64,000 nucleotides of DNA from the sequence record OQ990039; one strand, written 5' to 3'. The position numbers and the translations under genes are program-made. A model generated the notes under the pieces. It was not told the origin of the DNA. It searched no databases and worked only from the letters and a program-made list of their open reading frames with translations. Origin of the DNA: Escherichia phage SUT_E420. Of the stretch, positions 17,728-26,230 are shown piece by piece. The stretch's first letter is position 1. Every line of letters begins with the position of its first letter.

Positions 17728-18226
17728 ATTTATATTGAATTGAGAGATATTAGTAAAAATTGATTTTGCTAATTTTTCTTGTTTACAATCCGCGATACGG
17801 AACAGTTAGGCTGCCCAATTAAGGGTTGTTTTAACTGTTACGTGTTAGTTTTTAAACAAATAGTTAATAGAATACTTAGCGATCTGCGTCCCGTAGGAAC
17901 CCTGGTAAGGCCTCGAAGCAACCTAGATAGAGGTGGTTGTGAAGTGAGACGGGAGGAGTGAAAAACTCCGAGACGTGATTCTGTAAGTTATATTGCATCT
18001 AGTATGAGCTAGTACATGAAGCATTAGGTGAGCAAATCTGGCTTAGCGGCCATCCTCAAGGATTTGTGCGGTATAGCAAAGCAGCAGCGCAGCGTGAAAG
18101 TGGAAGTTGCCACCCCACTTCAGTATTTGCGATTAATTTGTTGAGAAATTGACAGTAACAGTTGTTCTATTCTTTCTGAATAGTCCTAAAGAAAACTTAT
18201 TTCATTTCCAACACAGGAGTATTGTT

Positions 18227-20641
18227 GTGTTCTCAATCCTACAAGGTCATGCAGGATTTCATCGCGATTTAGCCACAGGCAATTGGCGAGAAGTTAAAGC
18301 AGAAGACTATCTTTTTGCTAAAAGATTTTCCTCAAAGCATCCTGAAGGTAAACCAGCTTCAATGCCCTTCAAGTTTGATGTAATTGATGAAGTTGATCCT
18401 CAAACCCTAGTAGAAATGCTTCCTCTTATGAGACGTTTAACGTCTGACCCTCATATCGTTGCGGTACGAGGTCGATGTCTTACACCTAAAAATAATGTGC
18501 GACGTAAGAAGGGCAACTTTAATGTATCTAACCCAAGTCATATAATTGCAATGGACGTGGATGGTATTGTAGATACAGGTGGTTGCAACAAGTTTGATCT
18601 TGTTGGCATGGCTCGACATATTATTAGAATGTTAAATAGTATTAGTGAGGATATGTTTCCTCTTGATGCAGGGTTTATCGCTCATGCATCGTCTTCGGCT
18701 GGGCTNNNNNNNNNNNNNNNNNNNNNNNNNNNNNNNNNNNNNNNNNNNNNNNNNNNNNNNNNNNNNNNNNNNNNNNNNNNNNNNNNNNNNNNNNNNNNNN
18801 NNNNNATGTTAAATAGTATTAGTGAGGATATGTTTCCTCTTGATGCAGGGTTTATCGCTCATGCATCGTCTTCGGCTGGGCTAAAACCAGGTATCCGAAT
18901 GCACTTAATACTAGAATCTAATGTTAAAGTAACTCAGGGTCAAATCAAATTCTTATTTACATCTATCAACGAAAGTAGTAGACAAAAGTATGGCTTTGAT
19001 ATTGCCGACTTAGCTTATTACTCTTCCGTACAGCTCCACTATTTTGCAGATCCGTTATTTACCGATGGTATAGTAGATCCGTTTAAAGCGGAGGGTGCTT
19101 CACGTCTGGTATTTGTTAAGGGTTCTAAAGTAAATTTACCCAATAATCTGGTTGACTATGAAACAACTAGAGGTGAGTTTAAGGAGGAGTTTTACTCTTT
19201 ACTCGATCAAATTAAAGGTAAAAAAGCTGCCTCTGATAAAGTAGAGGAAACTATCAGCGAACTAGAAGAAGCTGAGGATGGAGTGTATCTACGTATCATA
19301 CCTAAACTCTATCACAGAGCCTTAGAGGATGGTGTTGATTTTGCATGGCTAGAAAAAGAAATCCGTCCAGCCTTATCAGAATATATTGCAACTAAAGATA
19401 ACAGTCGCAATATTCAAGATTACTTTAATAACGGTCGTAAACAGGCTCTGAAAGCATTTGTTAATAATTCTAAACGTGATATACCTGATGTTTTAAAGGG
19501 TATTCCACTTAAAAAGCTAGAAACTAATTCTCTAGAAACTGATAACTTCTTGAAATTAAATACTGTACCACCAGAAGGTTATATGACTTTTGTAAAAGCA
19601 AGTCTAGGTACAGGTAAAACTACAGCGGTTGTGCGTTGGTTAGATTCAGGAGTTATTAAAGGTAATTTCTTAGCAATTACCAATACTAGAGCACTGGTAT
19701 CTTCAAATGCCAAGAAATTTAGTGCAGGACAATATGATAAGTCTGTAGATATGCTTAATTTTAAGCGGGGTGCTATTGACCGTATGTCCACAACTATTCA
19801 CTCTTTGCATAAATTCAAGAGTTTTATTGGTCAAATTGATGCAATCTTTATCGATGAATGTGATGCAGTAATGAATGACCTATTATTCGCCCCGGTTGTT
19901 AAACAACGTCGCGAGTGTATTCAGGTTCTTCGGGATATTCTTGCAACTGCAAAAATCATTATATTATCTGATGGGGATATTAGTGCAGAAACAATTGAAG
20001 CATATGGTTCTTTGATTGAGTTTGATAAACCAGTAGCATTTTATAACCATCACCGTAAAATGCTATCAAAAGCTCATGCTTATGAGTTCCCGGATGAATC
20101 CAGTATTTGGGTTGCACTTCAGACTTCTCTAGAGATGGGTGAGAAATCTATCCTAGTATCTGACTGTGGGCCGGATGAACTGAATGAGAAGGGTATGGCA
20201 TTGCGTCGTAATACGGGTGCGTTAGTTAAGGAAATCCACTCAAANNNNNNNNNNNNNNNNNNNNNNNNNNNNNNNNNNNNNNNNNNNNNNNNNNNNNNNN
20301 NNNNNNNNNNNNNNNNNNNNNNNNNNNNNNNNNNNNNNNNNNNNGATATTAAGAAGTGTTCAAATGTCACTATCAAACCATTCATAGAAGCTCTGAAAGG
20401 TAAGAAGAAAGATTTCTTCCTTAAAACAGGTCAGAGTGCTAACCCAAAATATGCCAGAATGTATCTTGGTATGATGGGTATTGGTAAGGATATGAACACT
20501 GAAAATATTGTAGACTGGTACAGAACCTATTGTAAAATCGAGTGTATGCCAATCCCCTATAAGTTTATGACTGATGAGGAGAAACATATGCATGATGAAG
20601 CAATGGCAGAGCTAGGTGCTAGAAATGACAGTGAAGAATAA
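18227..20641 (+). CDS. Putative replication initiator / P-loop helicase-like ATPase, possible N-terminal primase-polymerase-like domain (interrupted by two assembly gaps)
   Basis: Start proposed at GTG 18227 with AGGAG SD. Walker A SLGTGKTT and Walker B IFIDECD. N-terminal IIAMDVDG and GIRMHLIL resemble AEP motifs (tentative). Contains gaps 18706-18805 and 20245-20344. Confidence 0.55.
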   Translation: MFSILQGHAGFHRDLATGNWREVKAEDYLFAKRFSSKHPEGKPASMPFKFDVIDEVDPQTLVEMLPLMRRLTSDPHIVAVRGRCLTPKNNVRRKKGNFNVSNPSHIIAMDVDGIVDTGGCNKFDLVGMARHIIRMLNSISEDMFPLDAGFIAHASSSAGXXXXXXXXXXXXXXXXXXXXXXXXXXXXXXXXXXMLNSISEDMFPLDAGFIAHASSSAGLKPGIRMHLILESNVKVTQGQIKFLFTSINESSRQKYGFDIADLAYYSSVQLHYFADPLFTDGIVDPFKAEGASRLVFVKGSKVNLPNNLVDYETTRGEFKEEFYSLLDQIKGKKAASDKVEETISELEEAEDGVYLRIIPKLYHRALEDGVDFAWLEKEIRPALSEYIATKDNSRNIQDYFNNGRKQALKAFVNNSKRDIPDVLKGIPLKKLETNSLETDNFLKLNTVPPEGYMTFVKASLGTGKTTAVVRWLDSGVIKGNFLAITNTRALVSSNAKKFSAGQYDKSVDMLNFKRGAIDRMSTTIHSLHKFKSFIGQIDAIFIDECDAVMNDLLFAPVVKQRRECIQVLRDILATAKIIILSDGDISAETIEAYGSLIEFDKPVAFYNHHRKMLSKAHAYEFPDESSIWVALQTSLEMGEKSILVSDCGPDELNEKGMALRRNTGALVKEIHSXXXXXXXXXXXXXXXXXXXXXXXXXXXXXXXXXXDIKKCSNVTIKPFIEALKGKKKDFFLKTGQSANPKYARMYLGMMGIGKDMNTENIVDWYRTYCKIECMPIPYKFMTDEEKHMHDEAMAELGARNDSEE
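18706..18805. other. Assembly gap (100 N) flanked by identical 77-bp copies
   Basis: The 77 bp before the N-run (18629-18705) are repeated exactly after it (18806-18882). Confidence 0.95.
20245..20344. other. Assembly gap (100 N) without flanking duplication
   Basis: No repeat of the flanking sequence across the gap; true gap content and length unknown. Confidence 0.95.
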
Positions 20642-20858
20642 AAAATGGGAAACAAGGAAGTTTCCAGTAAAAGAACGTAAAGTTCCTGTTTACGACACTT
20701 CGGAAAAGCTATGTAGGGTGGTACCGCATAGATTAGCTGGCATCCCTAACATATCCGAGTGGTTACTTAAACAACGGAAAACAAACGTGTCTCTTCGTAT
20801 CGGCTTTGAATTAGATAAAGTCTATGCTGAACTTGCTTCTTTACTCAAGGAATCGTAA
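20625..20858 (+). CDS. Hypothetical small basic protein
   Basis: ATG at 20625 within an ORF overlapping the end of the upstream gene. Weak. Confidence 0.3.
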   Translation: MTVKNKKWETRKFPVKERKVPVYDTSEKLCRVVPHRLAGIPNISEWLLKQRKTNVSLRIGFELDKVYAELASLLKES

Positions 20859-20866
20859 AAATTTAT

Positions 20867-20895
20867 TTGCATAGTGCAAAAAATTTCTGTATAAT
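20867..20895 (+). promoter_or_regulatory. T5 PN25-like early promoter
   Basis: AAAAATTTATTTGCAT...TTTCTGTATAATAGATTCATAAATTTGAGAGAGGAGTTTAAAT is nearly identical to the T5 PN25 promoter as I recall it. -35 TTGCAT (20867-20872), 17-nt spacer, -10 TATAAT (20890-20895). Confidence 0.7.
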
Positions 20896-20926
20896 AGATT
20901 CATAAATTTGAGAGAGGAGTTTAAAT

Positions 20927-21631
20927 ATGGCTGGTTCTCGTAGAAAGAAACATATCCATGAAATCCCGGATGAAGTCTTTAAAAAGGTTATAGAGCATCT
21001 GGAGAACGGTGGTACCAAGAAAGCAGCATGTGAAATGCTCGGCGTATCATCCAATCCAACTATGGAAAGGATGATTGAAGAATGGCAAGACCGCCAGATT
21101 CAAGTGGCTGAAATGAAGAAAAAGAAACGTGGCACACTCATTGAAGGCATTGAGTTAGCTAACGTTATTGAACAGTATTTGTCTGGTGATTCTTTTGAAG
21201 AAATTGCCGATCGTAATTACCGCTCTGTAGCAATGGTTAAATCTGTTCTGGAACGATATGGTGCTCTGCTTCGTTTGAATGATATTGTAGATCCATTGAA
21301 TCCTCCAATTATTCCTGATGATGCTGTAGCAGAAGAATTTGCAGTTGGTGAGCTTGTTTGGGTTCCTGGATACCAGTGTATCGGTGAAATCAAAAAAGCA
21401 ATGGATAACCCTGTTGGTTGTTACCGTGTATGGCTTCTATCAGAAGGCAAACAACAGAACGTTCATTATATGAATTACGAGCTGGCTTCTGTTAAACATC
21501 TGGAAAAGTTAGGGGTAGACGTAAAATCTCTAGGATATAAGTGGACTCGTGAAGAAATTATTACGTTGATTAACGAAGCTGTTAAGGCTGCCCTGAAACT
21601 TGATAAAGAAAAAGGAAAACGCCGTGAGTAA
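20927..21631 (+). CDS. Helix-turn-helix DNA-binding protein (possible regulator)
   Basis: 234 aa; N-terminal GGTKKAACEMLGVSSNPTMERMIEEW is a typical HTH; first gene after the PN25-like promoter. Confidence 0.5.
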   Translation: MAGSRRKKHIHEIPDEVFKKVIEHLENGGTKKAACEMLGVSSNPTMERMIEEWQDRQIQVAEMKKKKRGTLIEGIELANVIEQYLSGDSFEEIADRNYRSVAMVKSVLERYGALLRLNDIVDPLNPPIIPDDAVAEEFAVGELVWVPGYQCIGEIKKAMDNPVGCYRVWLLSEGKQQNVHYMNYELASVKHLEKLGVDVKSLGYKWTREEIITLINEAVKAALKLDKEKGKRRE

Positions 21632-21875
21632 GCTAACAGATTTGCTTAAAGATGGGGAAGTAAAAACTCTATATCGTAGAAGCTGGGATAATGACAATAA
21701 TGGCTTAGTGTTACTAACTTTAGACGCTGACTCAGATGTAGTTACCCAACATACCTGGGTAGCTGGTAATTATCCCTATAGTGAGGTTGTTACGTTAACA
21801 GTATGCGAAGCTATTGCTGACGATTGGGAGATTGCCAGCATTGATGATATGCTTGCTGTTGGCCTGGTGGAGTAA
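21624..21875 (+). CDS. Hypothetical small protein
   Basis: Proposed GTG start with AAGGAAAA SD overlapping the upstream stop. Confidence 0.35.
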   Translation: MSKLTDLLKDGEVKTLYRRSWDNDNNGLVLLTLDADSDVVTQHTWVAGNYPYSEVVTLTVCEAIADDWEIASIDDMLAVGLVE

Positions 21876-21892
21876 CTACAGAAAAATTTCAG

Positions 21893-21921
21893 TTGCTTAA
21901 TCCTATAATTCTTGATATAAT
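21893..21921 (+). promoter_or_regulatory. T5-type early promoter
   Basis: -35 TTGCTT (21893-21898), 17-nt spacer, -10 TATAAT (21916-21921). Confidence 0.5.
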
Positions 21922-21978
21922 ATTCTCATAGTTTGAAAGAACTATTCTGTTTAATTCTTAATTAAGGAAATATAAAAT

Positions 21979-22389
21979 ATGACTACTCCAACTCAGTGGA
22001 CTGATGAACTGTTCGAAAAAATGTCTTCCGAATACGTTGCTCGTATGGAGCAATTCCCAGAGGATGAACGTCCGGGTGTTAGCATGGAAATTGTTAGCGA
22101 AATTGCTCAGGAAAATGGTGTAACTCCGAACGGTTTTCGTATGAAGTTGACCAAAGCAGGTGTATATATCAAGAAAGCTGCTGGCTCTGCTTCTAAATCT
22201 AGTGCATCTACTGGAGAAAAAGCTTCTGGTGGTTCTCGCACTTCCAAAGCCCAAGCTCATGCCGATCTTCGTTCAGCATTCTCTGATGCTGGCCTAGCAC
22301 CAGATTTTCTGGATGATGCAATTATCGACAAACTGACCGGTAAAGCGGCTGCTCATCTGGCAGAAGCAATCCGAGCTATCACTAAGTAA
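21979..22389 (+). CDS. Hypothetical protein (Ser/Ala-rich linker)
   Basis: 136-aa ORF with host-optimal codons. Confidence 0.45.
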   Translation: MTTPTQWTDELFEKMSSEYVARMEQFPEDERPGVSMEIVSEIAQENGVTPNGFRMKLTKAGVYIKKAAGSASKSSASTGEKASGGSRTSKAQAHADLRSAFSDAGLAPDFLDDAIIDKLTGKAAAHLAEAIRAITK

Positions 22390-22425
22390 TTTTTAGATAA
22401 ATCCACCAACAAAAGGAACACAGTT

Positions 22426-22722
22426 ATGACCAAAGCTGAAATTATCGCACAATGTGAAAAATTTGGTGAGTTTTATCTTCATTACGAGAAACTTCGTCAG
22501 AAAGGAACCACGTACCTTCAGGGTACGATGGAATTTGATCCAGCCCAAGATAAATATCTGGCTGAGCGTATTAAACGTGAACGTATTCGTAAAGCGAAAG
22601 ATGATGAGATCCTTGTCTTCTCTCGTACTAATGATAGCTTCCGTTTTATTCCTGTCGAGAAAGTCCGTCGTGTGACTAGCCTCCAATCAGAGTTAGATCG
22701 TGCTTCTCCAGTAGGCCGATAA
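22426..22722 (+). CDS. Hypothetical protein
   Basis: 98-aa ORF with AAAGGAACA SD; followed by a terminator hairpin. Confidence 0.45.
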   Translation: MTKAEIIAQCEKFGEFYLHYEKLRQKGTTYLQGTMEFDPAQDKYLAERIKRERIRKAKDDEILVFSRTNDSFRFIPVEKVRRVTSLQSELDRASPVGR

Positions 22723-22732
22723 GAAACCAATT

Positions 22733-22753
22733 AGCCCCTATATGGGGCTTTTT
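22733..22753 (+). terminator. Intrinsic terminator (AGCCCC-TATAT-GGGGCT + T-run)
   Basis: 6-bp GC stem and TTTTT tract. Confidence 0.5.
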
Positions 22754-22772
22754 GTGTATTTGGGATATGTAA

Positions 22773-23081
22773 ATGAGCGAACAGGTAAATCAAAACTATG
22801 AAGGACACGTTGATGACCAGTCCATCATACTTTGGGAGAAGGAGGGGGAACAAGTAAGATTAACAGTATCTGAATTTCGTGGGAATCTATACATGGGTAT
22901 TCGTTACTGGCTTCTTGATATTAATGATGAATGGTTTCCAACGAAATCTGGCTTCTCTTTTCCTTACACCCTAGAAACAACATCACAGCTTTTCTATGCG
23001 TTTACACAGATTCTTAGCGAATCTGAGGTTTTACATGAAGTACAGAAACGAGCTGAAGAACTCAAAGCCAAGAATGCCTAG
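22773..23081 (+). CDS. PC4-like ssDNA-binding protein
   Basis: 102 aa; LTVSEFRGNLYMGIRYWLLDINDEWFPTKSGFSFPY matches the PC4/YdbC ssDNA-binding domain pattern. Confidence 0.55.
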   Translation: MSEQVNQNYEGHVDDQSIILWEKEGEQVRLTVSEFRGNLYMGIRYWLLDINDEWFPTKSGFSFPYTLETTSQLFYAFTQILSESEVLHEVQKRAEELKAKNA

Positions 23082-23108
23082 TTCTTGGCTTTTTCTTTAT
23101 AAATGTAT

Positions 23109-23137
23109 TTGCTTTCAACTCAGTTTTGTTATATAAT
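23109..23137 (+). promoter_or_regulatory. T5-type early promoter
   Basis: -35 TTGCTT (23109-23114), 17-nt spacer, -10 TATAAT (23132-23137). Confidence 0.5.
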
Positions 23138-23167
23138 ATTTATATAAATTAATGAGAGGGTTGCAAA

Positions 23168-23440
23168 GTGAAAAAGATAAGTATAAGTACACTTAAACCT
23201 TTCCCGTACATCGGACAGCCTCTTATACTTATGTGGGAGGGGAAGATTAATGGAGAAAAGTATACTAAAACTAGAAGTGGGTATAAGCTGATTTCACTTC
23301 ATTACGAAAAAGAAGTATTAGTAGCTGAAATATACTCTCCGTTGTCAGATAGGCTAGTAAAAACTACATATTTGCATCTTTGCAAAAATTATACATGGCA
23401 CGGATCCACTAGACAACCCACATACTATGAGGCAGAATAA
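23168..23440 (+). CDS. Hypothetical small protein
   Basis: 90-aa ORF with GTG start after GAGGG SD, immediately upstream of ligA. Confidence 0.4.
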   Translation: MKKISISTLKPFPYIGQPLILMWEGKINGEKYTKTRSGYKLISLHYEKEVLVAEIYSPLSDRLVKTTYLHLCKNYTWHGSTRQPTYYEAE

Positions 23441-24412
23441 ATGACCAATGTAAAAGACTTTATTAAACGTTGCCAAGAAGCATATTATCAAGGTATGTCT
23501 TTAATCTCTGATGAAGAGTATGATTGCCTGGTAAAACGCTTTCCGTTAGAAGAAGAGATCGGACCTAAGGGCGATATTCCACATCTGTATCGTATGTATT
23601 CTTTACAGAAAGTTTATTATAATCGTGGAGATAAACCTCCGTTTAACCCGTTAGGTCAAGTAGAAACTGATAAGTTAGATGGTTGTGCAATTTCTCTGTT
23701 ATATATTAATGGCGAATTTGTTCAAGCACTAACTCGTGGTAATGGTATTCTAGGGAATGATGTCACAAGCAACGTAAGATTGCTGAATATCCCTAAAAAG
23801 ATTTCCCAAAAAGTACCTACTCAAATCACTGGTGAAGTTCTAATTACAAAAGAAGTAGAAAATAAACGTAACTTTGCCTCTGGTGCTATTAACCTCAAAG
23901 ATAGTGATGATTTTGTACAACGTATCGGAGAAGGTGGTTTAATCTTCGTTGCATATGGTATCCAGTGTTCTGCTGAATCTGTAGGTATTACAGAAGCATA
24001 TTTAAAAGATATGCTTTGGCTGGAGAATGAGAACTTCTTAACAGTTGTTAATGTGCGTTCCTTCTTTAAATGGATTCCGACGGATGGTAAAGTTGTTCGT
24101 ATTAATGACAACAACAAATTCTTCCGTGAAGGCTGGACTAATAAATTCCCTCGTGGAGCATTCGCTATTAAAGAGGATGAAGAAGGCGAGGTTACAACTC
24201 TTACTAAAGTTGAATGGCAGGTAGGGGCTTCTGGTAAAGTAACTCCAGTTGGTTATTTCGAACCGGTAATTATTGATGATGCTACAATTGTTAAAGCGAC
24301 TCTTAATAACGTTGATTATATTAACTCTCTTGATCTAGAGATCGGTTGCCAGATTCGAGTGATTCGTGCTGGTGGTGTAATCCCGTGCATAGTAGAGCGA
24401 GTATACGAGTAA
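23441..24412 (+). CDS. ligA: NAD-dependent DNA ligase, N-terminal (adenylation/OB) fragment
   Basis: 323 aa; adenylation motif TDKLDGCA (KxDG) and OB-fold region; ORF ends where a full LigA would continue. Confidence 0.85.
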   Translation: MTNVKDFIKRCQEAYYQGMSLISDEEYDCLVKRFPLEEEIGPKGDIPHLYRMYSLQKVYYNRGDKPPFNPLGQVETDKLDGCAISLLYINGEFVQALTRGNGILGNDVTSNVRLLNIPKKISQKVPTQITGEVLITKEVENKRNFASGAINLKDSDDFVQRIGEGGLIFVAYGIQCSAESVGITEAYLKDMLWLENENFLTVVNVRSFFKWIPTDGKVVRINDNNKFFREGWTNKFPRGAFAIKEDEEGEVTTLTKVEWQVGASGKVTPVGYFEPVIIDDATIVKATLNNVDYINSLDLEIGCQIRVIRAGGVIPCIVERVYE

Positions 24413-24462
24413 TACATAACCCTTTGCTACCCATCTACCATATCGGAATTATAAAGTGGTTA

Positions 24463-24491
24463 TTGACATTTTCGCCGCTTAGGTATATACT
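24463..24491 (+). promoter_or_regulatory. Sigma70-like promoter inside the ligase split region
   Basis: TTGACA (24463-24468), 17-nt spacer, TATACT (24486-24491). Confidence 0.45.
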
Positions 24492-24555
24492 AGTATCATT
24501 CAGTTGAGGGATAGAAAGTTATGGCGAGGGTAAGCAAAGTTAGTTAAAATTGTAG

Positions 24556-24584
24556 TTGCTAAATGCTTAAATACTTGCTATAAT
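24556..24584 (+). promoter_or_regulatory. T5-type early promoter upstream of the ligase C-terminal fragment
   Basis: -35 TTGCTA (24556-24561), 17-nt spacer, -10 TATAAT (24579-24584), then TTTATATAAATTGA. Confidence 0.5.
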
Positions 24585-24611
24585 ATTTATATAAATTGAT
24601 AAGGAAGAAAT

Positions 24612-25385
24612 TTGATGAAAATCGAAATTCCAACACAATGTCCCTCTTGTGGTTCTAAGCTAGATCTTGTCAACGGACAATTATTTTGTCGGAATAAGTC
24701 CAACTGTCCAGCGCAATCAAGTAAGTTAATTGAGAACTTCTGTACAAAAATGAAGTTAAAGGGTTTTGGTCCAAAAACTATTGAGAAGCTGGAGCTGACG
24801 AAGATTTCAGAACTATTTTACCTAACCGAAGAAGATTTGGTTAGAGCCGTGGGTAGCAAGGTTGCCGCTAAGTTAATTAGCGAATTAAATACTAAAGTTC
24901 GCGGAGACATTGACTTTGGTTCAGTTCTCGGTTCTTTAGGAATCCCTCTAATTGGAGAGGTTGCAGCAAAGAAATTATCCCAAAATTGCACTAGCTTCCA
25001 CGATGTGAAGGCTGACGGCAAGGCTGGAGAAAATTATAAAGCCTGGCTAAATTCCCCACAAGGCAAGGATGTTATCGAATTACCGTGGAAATTCTCAACT
25101 GGTGCTAAAGCTAAAACCGTCGTTACTGATGATTTAGTTGCCCAGCCAAATGGAATCGCGGTATGTATTACCGGATCTTTGCAAGACTTTGCAAATCGAA
25201 CGGATGCAACAAACTATTTAGAAGGTCTAGGATATACGGTTAAGAAATCTGTTACCAAAGACGTCAAATACCTAATCTGTGAGGATGAATCGAAGCGTTC
25301 TTCCTCATCTTATAAGAAAGCCGAAACGAATGGGATAGAAATCCTGTCGATTAAAGAACTATTGGAGAAAAATAATAATGTCTAA
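24612..25385 (+). CDS. ligB: NAD-dependent DNA ligase, C-terminal (Zn-finger/HhH/BRCT) fragment
   Basis: 257 aa; Cys4 zinc finger CPSCGS...CRNKSNCP, then HhH-like and BRCT-like segments. Confidence 0.8.
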   Translation: MMKIEIPTQCPSCGSKLDLVNGQLFCRNKSNCPAQSSKLIENFCTKMKLKGFGPKTIEKLELTKISELFYLTEEDLVRAVGSKVAAKLISELNTKVRGDIDFGSVLGSLGIPLIGEVAAKKLSQNCTSFHDVKADGKAGENYKAWLNSPQGKDVIELPWKFSTGAKAKTVVTDDLVAQPNGIAVCITGSLQDFANRTDATNYLEGLGYTVKKSVTKDVKYLICEDESKRSSSSYKKAETNGIEILSIKELLEKNNNV

Positions 25386-26145
25386 ACTGAACTGGAACGT
25401 AGAAGGTGTAACCGAGTCTCTGAAAGCAAAAGCCACTGCTCTGGGTGTTTCTGTAATCTCTCAAGAACAAGTAGCCGCTATCGCCGCTGAACTGGCTGCT
25501 GAAACTGGCAAAGATGTTACCGCTCGCTCTGTTGGCTCTAAACTGCGTAAAGAAGGTTTTGAAGTACAGAAAGCTAACGAAGTACAGAAATCCCCGTGGA
25601 CTCCTGAGCAGGAAGCTGAACTGGTTGATTTCCTGAACGCTCATGCTGGTCAGTATACCTATGCTGAAATCGCTGCTGCTGTAGCTGGTGGTCAGTTCGG
25701 TGCTAAGCAGGTACAGGGTAAGATTCTGAGCCTGGAAATGACCGCTTCTGTTAAACCAACTGAAAAAGCTGCTGCTGTTCGTTCCTTTACTCCGGATGAA
25801 GAAACTGATTTTGTTAATCAGGTTGTTGCTGGTGCTACTATTGAAGCTATCGCTGCTCACTTCGGTCGCAATATTAAGCAGATCCGTGGTAAAGCTCTGA
25901 GTCTGCTTCGTGAAGGTCGTATCGCTGCTATGCCGGTACAGGAAACCTCAAGTGCTAAAACTCGTGAAGATCTGTTAGAAGGTCTGGATCTGGTTAACAT
26001 GACTGTTGCTGAGATCGCTGAGAAAACTGGTAAATCTGAGCGCGGTGTTAAATCTATGCTGTCTCGTCGTGGTCTGGTTGCTAAGGACTATGATGGTGCC
26101 GCTAAGCGTGCTAAACTGGATGCAAAAGCTGCGGCTGCTGAATAA
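25378..26145 (+). CDS. Abundant DNA-binding protein with tandem HTH-like repeats (T5 D5-like, tentative)
   Basis: 255 aa; four repeats of an A-I-A...G-K HTH-like unit; extreme host-optimal codon usage. Confidence 0.5.
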   Translation: MSKLNWNVEGVTESLKAKATALGVSVISQEQVAAIAAELAAETGKDVTARSVGSKLRKEGFEVQKANEVQKSPWTPEQEAELVDFLNAHAGQYTYAEIAAAVAGGQFGAKQVQGKILSLEMTASVKPTEKAAAVRSFTPDEETDFVNQVVAGATIEAIAAHFGRNIKQIRGKALSLLREGRIAAMPVQETSSAKTREDLLEGLDLVNMTVAEIAEKTGKSERGVKSMLSRRGLVAKDYDGAAKRAKLDAKAAAAE

Positions 26146-26162
26146 TCTGGTAAATTAAACCT

Positions 26163-26195
26163 AAGGGGAGGGGGCTATGCTCCTTCCCCTTTTTG
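26163..26195 (+). terminator. Strong intrinsic terminator after the D5-like gene
   Basis: 12-bp stem (with two G-U pairs), CTATG loop, TTTTT tract. Confidence 0.5.
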
Positions 26196-26230
26196 CATTT
26201 AGAAGGCACGAAAGCGTGCAAAGGAGAATG

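Noticed and set aside
17657-18226. tRNA gene(s) in the ORF-free region (T5-like phages carry tRNA clusters)
   Set aside because: No cloverleaf candidates with a GTTC(G/A)A T-loop and matching acceptor stems were seen by eye here or in 657-1108. A tRNA scan is still warranted.
26177-26230. ATG at 26177 as the helicase start (as in the ORF track)
   Set aside because: That ATG lies in the loop of the strong terminator hairpin (26163-26195) ending the upstream gene; a downstream start near 26231-26237 is more plausible, though still uncertain.
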